Below are positions 1-10,309 of a DNA stretch of 64,000 nt, piece after piece. Source of the DNA: Rebecca billardiae RCC1528. Its lineage: Eukaryota > Protista > Haptophyta. The notes beneath the pieces were generated by a model. That model saw only the letters and a list, made by a program, of their open reading frames with translations, ran no database searches and was not told the origin of the DNA. Position 1 is the stretch's first letter; each line of letters starts with the position of its first letter. Location of the stretch: NCBI GenBank assembly GCA_965240325.2, contig OZ251229.1:930001-994000 (forward strand). The letters are read 5' to 3'. The position numbers were made by a program, and so were the translations under genes.

Positions 1-1081
1 GCACAGGCTGGACGGCATGGTCAATGTGGTGAACTCCAAATGCGATCATGCCGGCTGCGCAACACGGCCATCATACGGCATGCCGGGCGACACGCACGGC
101 AGCCGGTGCGCTGAGCACAAGCTGGACGGCATGGTCAATGTGGTGAACCGCCGCAAGTGCGATCATGCCGGCTGCACGAAGTCTCCATCATGCGGCATGC
201 CGGGCGACGCGCGCGCCAGCCGGTGTGCTGAGCACAAGCTGGACGGCATGGTCAATGTGGTGAGCCCCAAGTGCGATCATGCCGGCTGCACGAAGTCTCC
301 ATCATACGGCATGCCGGGCGACGCGCGTGCCAGCCGGTGTGCTGAGCACAAGCTGGCCGGCATGGTCAACGTGAAGAACCCCAAGTGCGATCATGCCAGC
401 TGCACGAAGGTGCCATCATTCGGCATGCCGGGCGACGTGCGCGGCAGCCGGTGCGCTGGGCACAAGCTGGACGGCATGGTCAATGTGATGAGCCCCAAGT
501 GCGACCATGCCGGCTGCACAACACGGCGATCATACGGCATGCCGGACGACGCGCGCCCCAGTCGGTGTGCGAAGCACAAGCTGGCCGGCATGGTCCACAG
601 AGACAATCTCACCGTGCACAAGCGGCGCAGGCTGGCAGAATACCCAGGCAGCCAGCCAATGCACAACGCCATTCGACCGCGAGAGCACACCGACCTCAGA
701 GACGCTACCGCACGCGGTGACGCCATTGCGCAGCCGCAGTCGCCGCTGCCGCCGCCACTGCCCACAGCCCAAGTCGCGCTCTGGCGCTCACCTGACGGGG
801 TCACTCACTGCAACGACGTTCACATTGGTGCCGAGCAGGACCTGCCGCAGCCGCAGTCGTGCTCGCGGAGCCAAGATGATCCTGCTCAGCCTTGCGATGC
901 CCTTGGTGGCTTTGCCCGACGAGCAGCTCCAACGTGTGTGCATCAGTCTGTGGTCCCCGTTCCCGACGGTGTCGTCACTGCGCGAAGGGTCGTTCTCCCA
1001 CCGGATGATCCTCGGCGGCGTCTGCTTTGCACGGCGACCCTGGTCTCCGACTCCGCCGCTGACACAAGATCTATCTACTAG
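1..1081 (+). CDS. EsV-1-7 cysteine-rich repeat protein, 5'-partial (frame is open from the window start)
   Basis: Five tandem 38-39 aa repeats of the form C-DHAG-C-x3-PSYG-x8-C-xx-HK-xx-GMVNV, matching the EsV-1-7 motif, followed by a low-complexity tail. Confidence 0.85.
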   Translation, partial: HRLDGMVNVVNSKCDHAGCATRPSYGMPGDTHGSRCAEHKLDGMVNVVNRRKCDHAGCTKSPSCGMPGDARASRCAEHKLDGMVNVVSPKCDHAGCTKSPSYGMPGDARASRCAEHKLAGMVNVKNPKCDHASCTKVPSFGMPGDVRGSRCAGHKLDGMVNVMSPKCDHAGCTTRRSYGMPDDARPSRCAKHKLAGMVHRDNLTVHKRRRLAEYPGSQPMHNAIRPREHTDLRDATARGDAIAQPQSPLPPPLPTAQVALWRSPDGVTHCNDVHIGAEQDLPQPQSCSRSQDDPAQPCDALGGFARRAAPTCVHQSVVPVPDGVVTARRVVLPPDDPRRRLLCTATLVSDSAADTRSIY

Positions 1082-1231
1082 CACACGGCACAGCCGGCTG
1101 CCTTCCGCGCGCCACGGGTATAGTGCGAGTTACTAAGGGCTTAGCATGGCAGCGGCGGCGGTGTTAGCCGTTACCGCCGTTACCCCGGCGTCACTAGCAC
1201 TAGCTCGCTGATATTAAAATTAATAACATAT

Positions 1232-3391
1232 TGGCCCGCGGTGCAGGGCGGAGCGCGCAGCGTGGAGCCCGCACCAGTGGGCCCGAACCACGTTTCAAAA
1301 AGATCTTTGATCAAGAAAAAGGGACGCGGGGGCCGATTTTTAGGGCTGGCGGAGACCGAGTTTCGAATTTTGAGACCCTCTCTACAGGTGCATCACGGAG
1401 AAAAAAACCGCGCCCACAACATTCCCCTAATCAATCGTGGACGGCCGGGCGTGAGAGTTCACTTCTGTGTGAAGTAGGACGGTTACAAGTCCAATACAAG
1501 CGTCAGCTTCTTTGAGGCTATTTTCGCACGTCCATACGGGATCAGCGAAGTAACCAACCGATATATATTGGCTTCGTCGGGGTCGTATTCACTACTGATT
1601 CATATGCTGTATGGTTCACGCAGGCATAAAATCGCTTCGTCGGAGTCGTATCCACTACTGGAGAACATCATTTGCACCGCTTCGTTTTCATACATTATAA
1701 TATATATATGGTTCATGGACTGCTACGGGGTCGAGCAAAATATCATCGATATTCATCAGGCGCACGTGTGCGTATTCATCATCAGCCTTCGGGAATTGGG
1801 AGTAGCTATTGGCCTTTTGCCCTCTGGCGAGCCAGTTGTGCGCACTTTAATCTGAGCAGGCCTGAGCAGGCTCGAGGCCACTTTTTTGCCGCTCACGTGG
1901 ACATGATGCCGAGCACGTCTCACGAGGTGCGCGCGGCGAGTGGCGTCTGGAGCGCGCGGCTGTGGTGGGCCCCGACGGCCGTCGACATCGCGTTCGTGCC
2001 CCGCTCACTCTGAACTCCGCGCGCCCCCGCCGCCCTATCGATCGATCATCGATGCCTGCGCGCGGAATCGTGCACCGCGCGTGCCGCCCGCGACCGGCCG
2101 CGGCAGGCCCGAGCCGCCCTTTCGGGCTCTCGCAAGCACGGGGGCAGCGGCGCCTGATGGCGGACTGATCGACATCTGAGTCTCCGACTTCACCGTGGAC
2201 GCGCCCCCCTCGTCATGCCTTCCCGGGGTCTCCCACGGAAGACGGACTAACCGAGCAGGCGACGGTACTGTCTGTACGCTGCCGTGACACACGGCGCCTG
2301 GGCAGCGGGCAGTGGTGGCGGGGTCCCGCGGACGTCAGTCTTCCCCTCGCGCCCTGCTCACCTCGAGTGCGCCGCCACGCGCCTCCGCACGCGTGTCCCA
2401 TCGATGCGCAGAGCGGCATGCTTGCATGAAAGTTGAAATGGCTGGGTCATCAGCCCGCGCCGGCAAGTCTGTCTAGCGCTGGACGGACGGACATAGGAGG
2501 ACGAGCAGCGCGGGCGACGGTGGTGCGCGACGCTCCCAGAGCTGGCCGTGCCTCTGCGACGCGTGCCGAGCCTGACCGAGGTGTGTCACCCGGTCCACGC
2601 GCGGCGCGCGCGAAGGCACCGGTGCTGTGGCTGCTCGGCTCGAATCCGCGGCCTCGCCTCGCACCGCGGCACCGTGCTCCCTGGCTGTCAGCTCCGCGTG
2701 GCCTGGCGTGCACGTAGAGTTGCGCTCATGCGTCGATCACGCCTCGCGCCCGCCTGTCGGCCGTCGCGCAGGCGCTGGTCGAACCCTACTCGGACCAGTG
2801 CAAATCATCCATCCCGTGGCCGCTGCCGGCGCGCGGTGACGGGACAGCGCGGTCAGCAGCAGGCGCAGCGGCCCGAACGAATCCGCGGCCCCGCACCGTG
2901 CTCCCTGGCTGTCTGCTCCGCGTGGCCTGGCGTGCACGTGGAGTCGCGCTCATGCGTCGATCACGCCTCGTCGCATCCGCCTGTACACAATATCGGCGCC
3001 GCGGCGGCGGCTGCGACTGGGCCCGCCCGGCCCCGGGCGCCCCGGCGGCCCGGCGCGGCCGAGGCGGCGGCGCGCCGCTGGAGTCTACTGCTACAGTTTA
3101 CTAAGAATAAGAGACGCACACAGCTCAGGCAGGCGAGATTGACGCCCGCCAGCTGTCACCGCCCATGAAGCCGTCGCCGATGGTAGCGCCGCCGGAAAAA
3201 AATCGTTACATCAGTAGTTGTACGGGCATGCCAACCGTGCCATTACTGGTCTCACTCTCAGCCTCAGGTCTGTCCGAATCGGACAATAGTGAAATTGAAT
3301 AGAGTTAGACGACTGCGCGACGGAGGGTGCACCGCCACCGCGGGCCCCGAACTACGTTCGTTCTACGGAAAAGGACCGCGGAACGCGGTCA
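1232..3391 (+). mobile_element. Non-autonomous Helitron2/Helentron-like element, copy 1 (subfamily A)
   Basis: 5' T-GGCCCGCGGTGCA. Its inverted copy lies at 3328-3346 (with a 6-bp micro-duplication), followed by the GACCGCG-GAA-CGCGGTC hairpin at 3374-3390 and a terminal A. Both ends recur at 23142-25658 and 54491-57987. Confidence 0.75.
3094..3198 (+). repeat. ~105 bp dispersed repeat starting TA|CAGTTTACTAAGAATAAG (probable Tc1/mariner-type terminus)
   Basis: Near-identical copies at 30617-30720 and 57446-57545. A split copy lies at 27811-27825 plus 30295-30308 and a diverged copy at 41468. Every copy is preceded by TA. Confidence 0.7.
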
Positions 3392-3397
3392 TATAAC

Positions 3398-3445
<48 letters not shown>

Positions 3446-3490
3446 ATATATATATATATATAGTCGTTATATATATATTATTATATATAT
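3392..3490. repeat. (GA)n/(TA)n microsatellites
   Basis: Directly visible. Confidence 0.95.
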
Positions 3491-3746
3491 CTAATCGGTC
3501 AGACTGAACTTAGTCAATACGACTCATGACTTGTCGTGGCTCACGATATGCCTGGCTGCAGACGGAACGACATGGCAAGCAGAGCAGGCCGCAGCCGCTC
3601 GCAGCCCCCATGGCCGGCGGCCCGCACTTCAGGCTCAGTCTTCAGGCGCGCGGGGCCCACGCCTTGATTGACACCCGCTCGACTTTGAGTAGGTCAGTAG
3701 GCTTTCGGCAGGCACACCCACTCTTCCGCTCCCGGGACTGCACCGC

Positions 3747-5039
3747 TCATCCGCGCGGATTGGGCGAGCCCGCGGAGCGAGTCCAGGTCCACCAGTCTGA
3801 GCCGTCGTTCTCGGCCATGCCGATGCCGCACGCCTCCTGCTGCACCGCTGCGCCAGAGCCGCTCTGCGCGTAGTAGTACATGCGGTAGCCGCCGCCATCG
3901 AGAGCGACCAAGTTTGGCCTGCCGACCGCGCCGCTGTCCCACGCGCCCGGCTCTGTGCTCGGCTCGAAGATGGGGCGATCGCCCGCGCGCTCCCACTTGA
4001 GGCCGTCGTCCGAGTGCGCGAGCCCGATCGAGTGCCTGCCCTCGCCGTCAATGGCCTCGTAGAACATCAGATACCGACCCGGCGAGCCCTCGGGCGACGG
4101 GATGACGTGCCGGGCGCCTGCGCCGCGCGCGTCGAAGCGACCAGCCTCGGACGGGCCGAGGATGGGGCCCACCTTCACAAACTTGACGCCGTCGGTGCTC
4201 GTGGCCGCAGCCACCGTGTACGTCCGCGTGGCGGGGTCGAGCGTGTGGTAGTACAGCACGTACTTCCCCTCCTCGAGCATGATGACCTGAGGCCACCCCA
4301 CCAGCGAGGCGTCAAACTCGCCCTCCTCACCCGGCGCGAGCACGGCACCGTTCGGGTGCTCGCCCTCCATGCGACCCCAGTGGCGCCCGTCCGAAGAGAT
4401 GGCCAGACCAATGCACAGGCTGCCGCCCTTTGGCGCGTTCTCGTCCGGGCGCGACGCGTCCCCTCCAAAGTAGTAGCACCTGTGCCGCGCAAGCGCAGAG
4501 CGCACAGAGCCGTCATGGGGGCGGGGTCAGCCACGCAGGAGCACGGGCACGCGGCTCACGCGGGTCACGGGCAGACAGGCAACCGCGCACCAGTACATCG
4601 ACACGCCACCCGTGCGCTGCGCCTCGGAGGACATGACCTGCACGTCGCCGATGCCGACATGCGTCGTGTCGAACCAGAACCAGTCATCTTTGTTCTCCCG
4701 CAGGACTGGGCCCTCGCGCTTCCACGAGACGCCATCGGTGCTGGTGGCAAGGCCAATCTGTCCGCTTGCGAGTGGGACCACCTCCTTGTCGAACCCATCG
4801 TCCCGCGCTGAGTACCACATGAGCCACGATTCTCCCTCGTCGGTGAGAAAGCGCTTCACGCATGCACCGCCGACCACGAGGTCGTCAAAGCTCGCCGTCT
4901 CCGCCGGGGCGAGGACGAGGCCGGGCGCGGCGGGCGGCCCCATGCGAACAGCTGCATGCGCACCCCGATTGAAGGCTGATCGCGCGGGCGCGACCCCGCG
5001 CACCGCGGAGAGCGCCGCGAGCGCAGCGATTGCTAGCAT
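3747..5039 (-). CDS. Five-bladed beta-propeller glycoside hydrolase-like protein (GH32/43/130 clan), probably plastid-targeted; intron 4480-4590
   Basis: Repeated blades (MWYS..IGLATSTDGVSWKR, IGLAISSDGRHW, IGLAHSDDGLKW). A GT-AG intron joins the two ORFs as MYW|CYYFGG. N-terminal signal peptide plus transit-like segment ending AVRM. Confidence 0.8.
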
Positions 5040-5167
5040 TACGTACGTACGTCGTAATTGACCAGGTAGCGTCGTCAGCTGTGCAACTTTCTCTTTCTCG
5101 AAGCTTCCAGTCCACAGTTGCCGCCGTGCACGCGCCGAGCGTCCGGGCACTCAATCAAACCGGAGCC

Positions 5168-6622
5168 ATGGCGGGCGGTGCGAGCTGTTTGATGCGGCGG
5201 GTGGGTGTCGCAGTGCTGTGGTCTGCAATGTGGGTGGACGTGCTTCGACCCGCGTGGGGACTGCCACCAGGAGCACCTGCCCAGCCGGCTGGCCTCTCGA
5301 CTGCCGCGTCCGCCGACGTGGTGACAAACGCCTCGTGTGTGCGACCGATCCGGGCGAGCGACGTCCCGCTCGAGCCAGACATGGCGCACGTGCTGCGTAC
5401 GACCGGCCTGCATCTGCGGGACGAGTACATCTCGCACCAAATTGGCAGTGGCCCGTGCCCGTTCATCAACACGCTCGTCGTGGGCATGGCGCGCATGTGC
5501 AACTATTCGCACATTGCCAAGTACGCAATCGAGCCGTGTGCCCAGGGCAAAACGACCCTCACGTTCGTACTACAAGCTTACCAGGGCACGGACGGAGGCA
5601 TCGGCATCAACACGACGAATGCCTTCGAGCTCTTGGACAGATGGGAGGCCCCGTGGGACAGCTGCGTGCGCGAGCTCGAAGCCGCCGCGCGCGGCACCTC
5701 GTGCCACATGCTCATTGTGCGACAGTGGTTCTGGCGCACGCCCGGCGAGCCGAGGCCGTGCGCGAAGCAGAACCCGGCGCTCGCCGTGAGCACGGCGCGT
5801 GTGATGGCGCAGACGATCGCCGTCGGCCGCGGCTGGGAGTGGGCTCGGCGGTTCCACCCATCCGCCACCGCGTATGCGCGCACGCGGCTCGACACGGCGT
5901 GGTGTCTGCCCAACATCAAGCGCGAGACGCGCCGGCTGATCGTGACCGACGCGAACGCGATCATGCTCGACGGGACGAAGGGCGTGCGCCAGGCGTCGGA
6001 CGTGTTCGGGCTCGTCACTGTCGACGGCGCGCGCGCCTACTTCGAGGCGTGGCGCGTGTGGCGCGAGATCGACTGCAAGCGCATCTGCTTTGCGGGCGGC
6101 GCGGAGACGCGCGCGTGCAACATTTGGCTCAGCCACATGTGCACGGGCGAGAACCCGCTGTCGATGTGGCTCTGCGACCGGTTTGGCGGGAACAACCGCA
6201 CGGGCGCCATGCGCGTCGACTGGCGACGCGACGGCTTCCGCCCGCCCGCCTTCATCCGGCCGCACTCAGCGACCCACGTGTCGCGCCGGCGCAACGGCGC
6301 TGCGCCCATCCACTTTGTGATGACCATCCTGAACAAGCGGCGCAAACTGCAGTGCCCGAGCTGCACGCCGGGCTGCATGTACCCACCCAAGCTGGGGTAC
6401 GCGGTGAACTCGCCCAAGTGGATCCGCAATCGCATGAAGCTCGGGCCCGGCGCCTCGCTCGTGCAGATCACTGACGGCGCGTGCCGATTCGAGTGGCAGC
6501 ACAAGACGTGCGCAGCGGCCGCGCACCTGCGAGATATGCAGCTGCGCTCCGATCCCCCCACTCTCGGCCCCGGCGCGGCCACTCTGGAGTCGGAGACGTC
6601 CCGCGCCGGGCCGGTAACCTAG
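5168..6622 (+). CDS. Uncharacterised secreted/membrane-anchored protein, possibly glycosyltransferase-like
   Basis: Long ORF with host-like codon usage, N-terminal hydrophobic segment, Cys/Trp-rich, YARTRLD and SDVFG motifs. Confidence 0.55.
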   Translation: MAGGASCLMRRVGVAVLWSAMWVDVLRPAWGLPPGAPAQPAGLSTAASADVVTNASCVRPIRASDVPLEPDMAHVLRTTGLHLRDEYISHQIGSGPCPFINTLVVGMARMCNYSHIAKYAIEPCAQGKTTLTFVLQAYQGTDGGIGINTTNAFELLDRWEAPWDSCVRELEAAARGTSCHMLIVRQWFWRTPGEPRPCAKQNPALAVSTARVMAQTIAVGRGWEWARRFHPSATAYARTRLDTAWCLPNIKRETRRLIVTDANAIMLDGTKGVRQASDVFGLVTVDGARAYFEAWRVWREIDCKRICFAGGAETRACNIWLSHMCTGENPLSMWLCDRFGGNNRTGAMRVDWRRDGFRPPAFIRPHSATHVSRRRNGAAPIHFVMTILNKRRKLQCPSCTPGCMYPPKLGYAVNSPKWIRNRMKLGPGASLVQITDGACRFEWQHKTCAAAAHLRDMQLRSDPPTLGPGAATLESETSRAGPVT

Positions 6623-7171
6623 CGCAGCACGACAAGTTAACTGAACCTAAACCCGCGCTAACCTACTAGCAGGCCTAGTAGTACTCCTGATACGGGAGAT
6701 ATCTCATGAAACCTACTCGACCGCCTACTGATGAACGGCCGACGGACAGACAGCCTATGTAGTATTAGTCACAGTGTGCGCCGGCCGTGGTCGAACTGGT
6801 CGATGGTGCGGTGGCCATCACTCATCAGGCATCGGCGAGGGCTCAGGCTGGCGTTCCGTTCGCCGCGGGCGGCGCGGCAGACTCGAGCACAATGCTTCCA
6901 GGCACGCTTGCAGTGAGACATGCCGCCAACTTAGCGAAGGCTGAGGAAGCTCAGGCCGGGCCGAGGTCCTTGTCATAAGCCCGAGTTACGCCAGCTCAGC
7001 CGCTGCCACGCGAGGCGCGCAATGCAGAAATGTCTCAGTCTGACCCAACGGCCACGCGCGTCCCAGAGCTCGGCTGCTTAGAGGCTTCACAGCTTGGGCA
7101 CGGTCCCTGGTAGTCGAGGGGTGTGCCACGCGTCATCCTGACACTCTTAGCCTGTCAGCTCGGGTGATACA

Positions 7172-7230
7172 TGGCGCGGAAATGTTCGACAGGCAGAAAT
7201 TCGCCAAATTCGGCGAATTTCGGCGAGGCA
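7172..7230 (+). repeat. Remnant of the subterminal region of the hAT-like family at 36115-37052
   Basis: GCGCGGAAATGTTCG..GCAGAAATTCGCCA.ATTCGGCGAATT matches 36916-36970. Confidence 0.6.
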
Positions 7231-7376
7231 GGCGAGCGGTGACGCCCGCCAACTGCCATCATCACGGAGATATCGGCGATCGAATCGTCTGGCCCATCTA
7301 CACCGTCTGCTGCTCATCGAATAACTCACGTCCTCCGCACGGAGCACAGTCGAACGCCCTGCTCCGGCTGGCCGCC

Positions 7377-8276
7377 ATGGAGGTGATGCGCCGCGCATCG
7401 AAGGCCCACCTGCTGGATGCGCTGCCGGACGGCAGGCGGAAGACCGTCCTGATCACAGGCACGAGCTCTGGCTTCGGCCGCATGACGACGGAGATGTTTG
7501 CGGAGCGCGGCTGGAACGTCGTCGCGACAATGCGCGCTCCGGACAAGGAGACGGAGCTGCAGAAGCTCAACAACGTGCTCTTGCTCAAGATGGACGTGCA
7601 GGATGAGGACACCGTTGCTTCGGCCGTGTCCGAAGCAATCGAGAAGTTCGGCAAGATCGACGTGCTCGTGAACAATGCGGGCTACGGTAGCCTTGGCTTC
7701 TTCGAGGGTATCTCGATGGATGAGATCATGCGCCAGTACCAGGTGAACGTGTTCGGTGCCATGCGCGCGACCAAGGCCGTGCTGCCGCACATGCGCAAGG
7801 CCAAGTCGGGCACGATTGTGAACATCAGCTCGGCCGCGGGCGGGCACACTGGCCCGCTCGGCAGCATCTACTACTCCAGCAAGTGGGCGCTCGAGGGCTG
7901 GGCCGAATGCCTGTCGTACGAGCTGCTGCCGCTCGGCATCCAAGTCAAGATCGTGCAGCCGGGTGCATTCAAGACGGACTTTGGCTCGCGCTCCCTTGCG
8001 TTCGGACCTCCGCCTCCGGATACGACCGAGTACCTACCGATGCTCGAAGCAACGCAGAAGATGAGGGCCAGCAGCGGGGAGCCGTCCTCCCCCAAGCCGC
8101 TCGTGCTTGATGCCATCTACAGCGCTGCCACTGACGGCGAAGTGACAAAGATGCGCTACCCGGTGTTTGTCGAGACGGACCCGTACGGCAAGCTGTACAT
8201 GCTGCGTAAGACGCAGGGTGCTGAAGCCCAGTACGCTGCGGTGCTTGCGCAAACCCGCTCACAGCAGTCTCAGTGA
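7377..8276 (+). CDS. Classical short-chain dehydrogenase/reductase, intronless
   Basis: TGTSSGFG, NNAGYG, catalytic Ser and YYSSK motifs. Confidence 0.92.
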   Translation: MEVMRRASKAHLLDALPDGRRKTVLITGTSSGFGRMTTEMFAERGWNVVATMRAPDKETELQKLNNVLLLKMDVQDEDTVASAVSEAIEKFGKIDVLVNNAGYGSLGFFEGISMDEIMRQYQVNVFGAMRATKAVLPHMRKAKSGTIVNISSAAGGHTGPLGSIYYSSKWALEGWAECLSYELLPLGIQVKIVQPGAFKTDFGSRSLAFGPPPPDTTEYLPMLEATQKMRASSGEPSSPKPLVLDAIYSAATDGEVTKMRYPVFVETDPYGKLYMLRKTQGAEAQYAAVLAQTRSQQSQ

Positions 8277-8609
8277 TCAGCCGGCCTGCACGGCTGCGTA
8301 AGCATGCACTGCTCGGCGGCCGATAATTGCACATGGCATACGGTGATACGCGCGCGGACATATAAACATTCGGCTTCGCCGATCACGATATATGGCTCGA
8401 TCGATGATGATTTCGGGACGGAGACCGGGGACGACGGACCGACGTTTCACGTTATCGGACGTAACTCGTAAGAAGTGACTGGCCGCAGTTCACTAGACTG
8501 ACGACGACTGGCGCCACGACCGTGCGGACTGCGCCTGACTGCGGCCTCGTCGATCGCGCCCCGCCCCCATTACAGTAGGCCCAGTCAATGGTACTTTCGG
8601 ACGGCATTG

Positions 8610-10194
8610 TCAGTGACCGCCACCGCGACGCTGTCGGATGTGGTCGGCGCGATAGTCGTAAGCGAGACTCATGCGCTGCTTGTACTGCTCGAAGACGTCG
8701 ACACCTGCGGACTCGCGCGCTGCTGACGCACTTGCCTCCGGCGCTGCCACCGCCCGCTCGGCGGCCGCAGCAGCAGAAGGCACTGCTCGACGGGGGAGGG
8801 GCGCGACGCTCACACGCGAGCGGGGCAGCAGCGCGGGTGCACACGTGCGCGCCGCGCTGGCCACGCGACCGGGTGCCGCGCCGCGGGCGCAACGTACCGA
8901 GGCCGATCCCGAGGTGCTCTCCCTTCCGCTGCACGATCCCCGCGGCAATGGGCTCGACCAGCCCGCCCTTGGCCAGCGCCTCGCCCTCACCCCAGCCCAT
9001 GCGCCGCAGCATCTGGTGGCCCAAGTTGTCCTCGTGAAGCGCAGCGCCGCCGGGCGCGAGCTGCGCGCCGGCCGCAGCGCCGGCGGGCGCGATGCCGGCG
9101 GTGCTCGCGCCAGCCGCGCTCGCCGTAGCCGCGCCTGTCCCCACCGCGCTCAGGCGGGCGAGCTCCTCGGCGGGCAGGTAGCGATTCAGCCCGCTCGCGC
9201 GCTGGCGCAGCTGCTCATCCGCGCCGCTCCCCAAGCCCGGGCGCGCGCTCGGCTCGTCGGCGTGGGGGGCGGCAGGGGCAGCGCGCACGGGCAGCTCGCG
9301 AGGTGCGTTGGGCAACACCCCGTACTTGCTCAGATCGTCCGCGTCTGGCGGCCGCCTCGGCGCCACGTCCGCGCACGCAGCCCGCATCGGCGGCGGTGCC
9401 CGCATGCCCTCAGCCTCCGCGTGCGCGCGGCCGCACCCTTCGGCACTCGGCCGCGGCGCGGGGTCGGAGGGGCCGTCCTCGCTGAAGCGGCGGCGCGGGC
9501 GAGGCGGCGGCGCGGCATCATCGCCTGCCTCCTCGCGGAATCGCCGACGCCCTCCGCCATCGCCCGCCGCCTCCCGCGCTGGCGCCGGCTCGTCGTCATG
9601 CTCGCGGAAGCGCCGCTGCGGCCGAGCGTCTGCCGACGCAGCAGGCTCGTCCTCCTCCTCGCGGAAGCGGCGGCGAGGGCGCGGCGCGCTGGCGGGCGCG
9701 GCGGCATCGTCCTCGCGGAAACGGCGGCGCCCGCCGCGCGGCTCGCCATGGCGGCCGTCGTCTGCGCCCCGCGCATCGCCAGCTGAGGATGTCGGCTCCG
9801 GGTCTCCGCCGCCCGATGGCTTAGGGCGCGACGGTGGGAAGAAGACGCGGCCCACGCCACCGGGCGCGGGTGCGAAGCCCGAGCCCGACGGCGGCGGCGG
9901 CGGGAGGGTGCCCAAGGGCACGTGCTGCGCCGCACCCGCCGGCGTTACCGACTGCGCCGGCGGGAAGAAGACCCGACCCACGCCCCCAGGCGCCGGGGTG
10001 AAGCCCCCGGCCGGCGGCGCTGCGGGGAGGCAAGAGACCCCGGCTGCCGGGCCTGGCGGCGCGGGCGGGTGAACGGCACCAATGGCCAGATGCCCAGCTC
10101 CCGCCGCCGCCTCTGCGGCGACGGGCGGCTGGGCCTGTGGTGGCGCTGATGGCGGCGGCGGCGGGTGCTGCGGCCTGTCGCCCCAGCGCGACAT
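8610..10194 (-). CDS. G-patch protein, SUGP1/SF4-like C-terminus; intron 8705-8897
   Basis: G-patch NLGHQMLRRMGWGEGEAL..GGLVEPI; YLPAEEL; spliced C-terminal DVFEQYKQRMSLAYDYR resembles the SUGP1 C-terminal motif. Confidence 0.72.
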
Positions 10195-10309
10195 CCTTGC
10201 CCGGGCTCACGAACGGCGCTGTCGGCGCACCCGTCCGGCGCAGTCGACGCCTCCAGTAGCCTGCCTGTACTGTATCATAGTACTAAGTAGCCGTTAGCGG
10301 CGTGACGCC

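Noticed and set aside
1229-3394. 3-bp TSD (TAT here, TAA at 54488/57988) suggesting PIF/Harbinger
   Set aside because: Copies at 23142-25658 (ATA/TGA) and 40882-43403 (TTA/TAA) do not fit. The ends are asymmetric with a hairpin, and chance matches in AT-rich flanks are likely.
8369-8386. TCGGC-TTC-GCCGATCA hairpin resembling the subfamily-B 3' end on the minus strand
   Set aside because: No ATIR or AACTWCGTT motif adjacent; too short to call.
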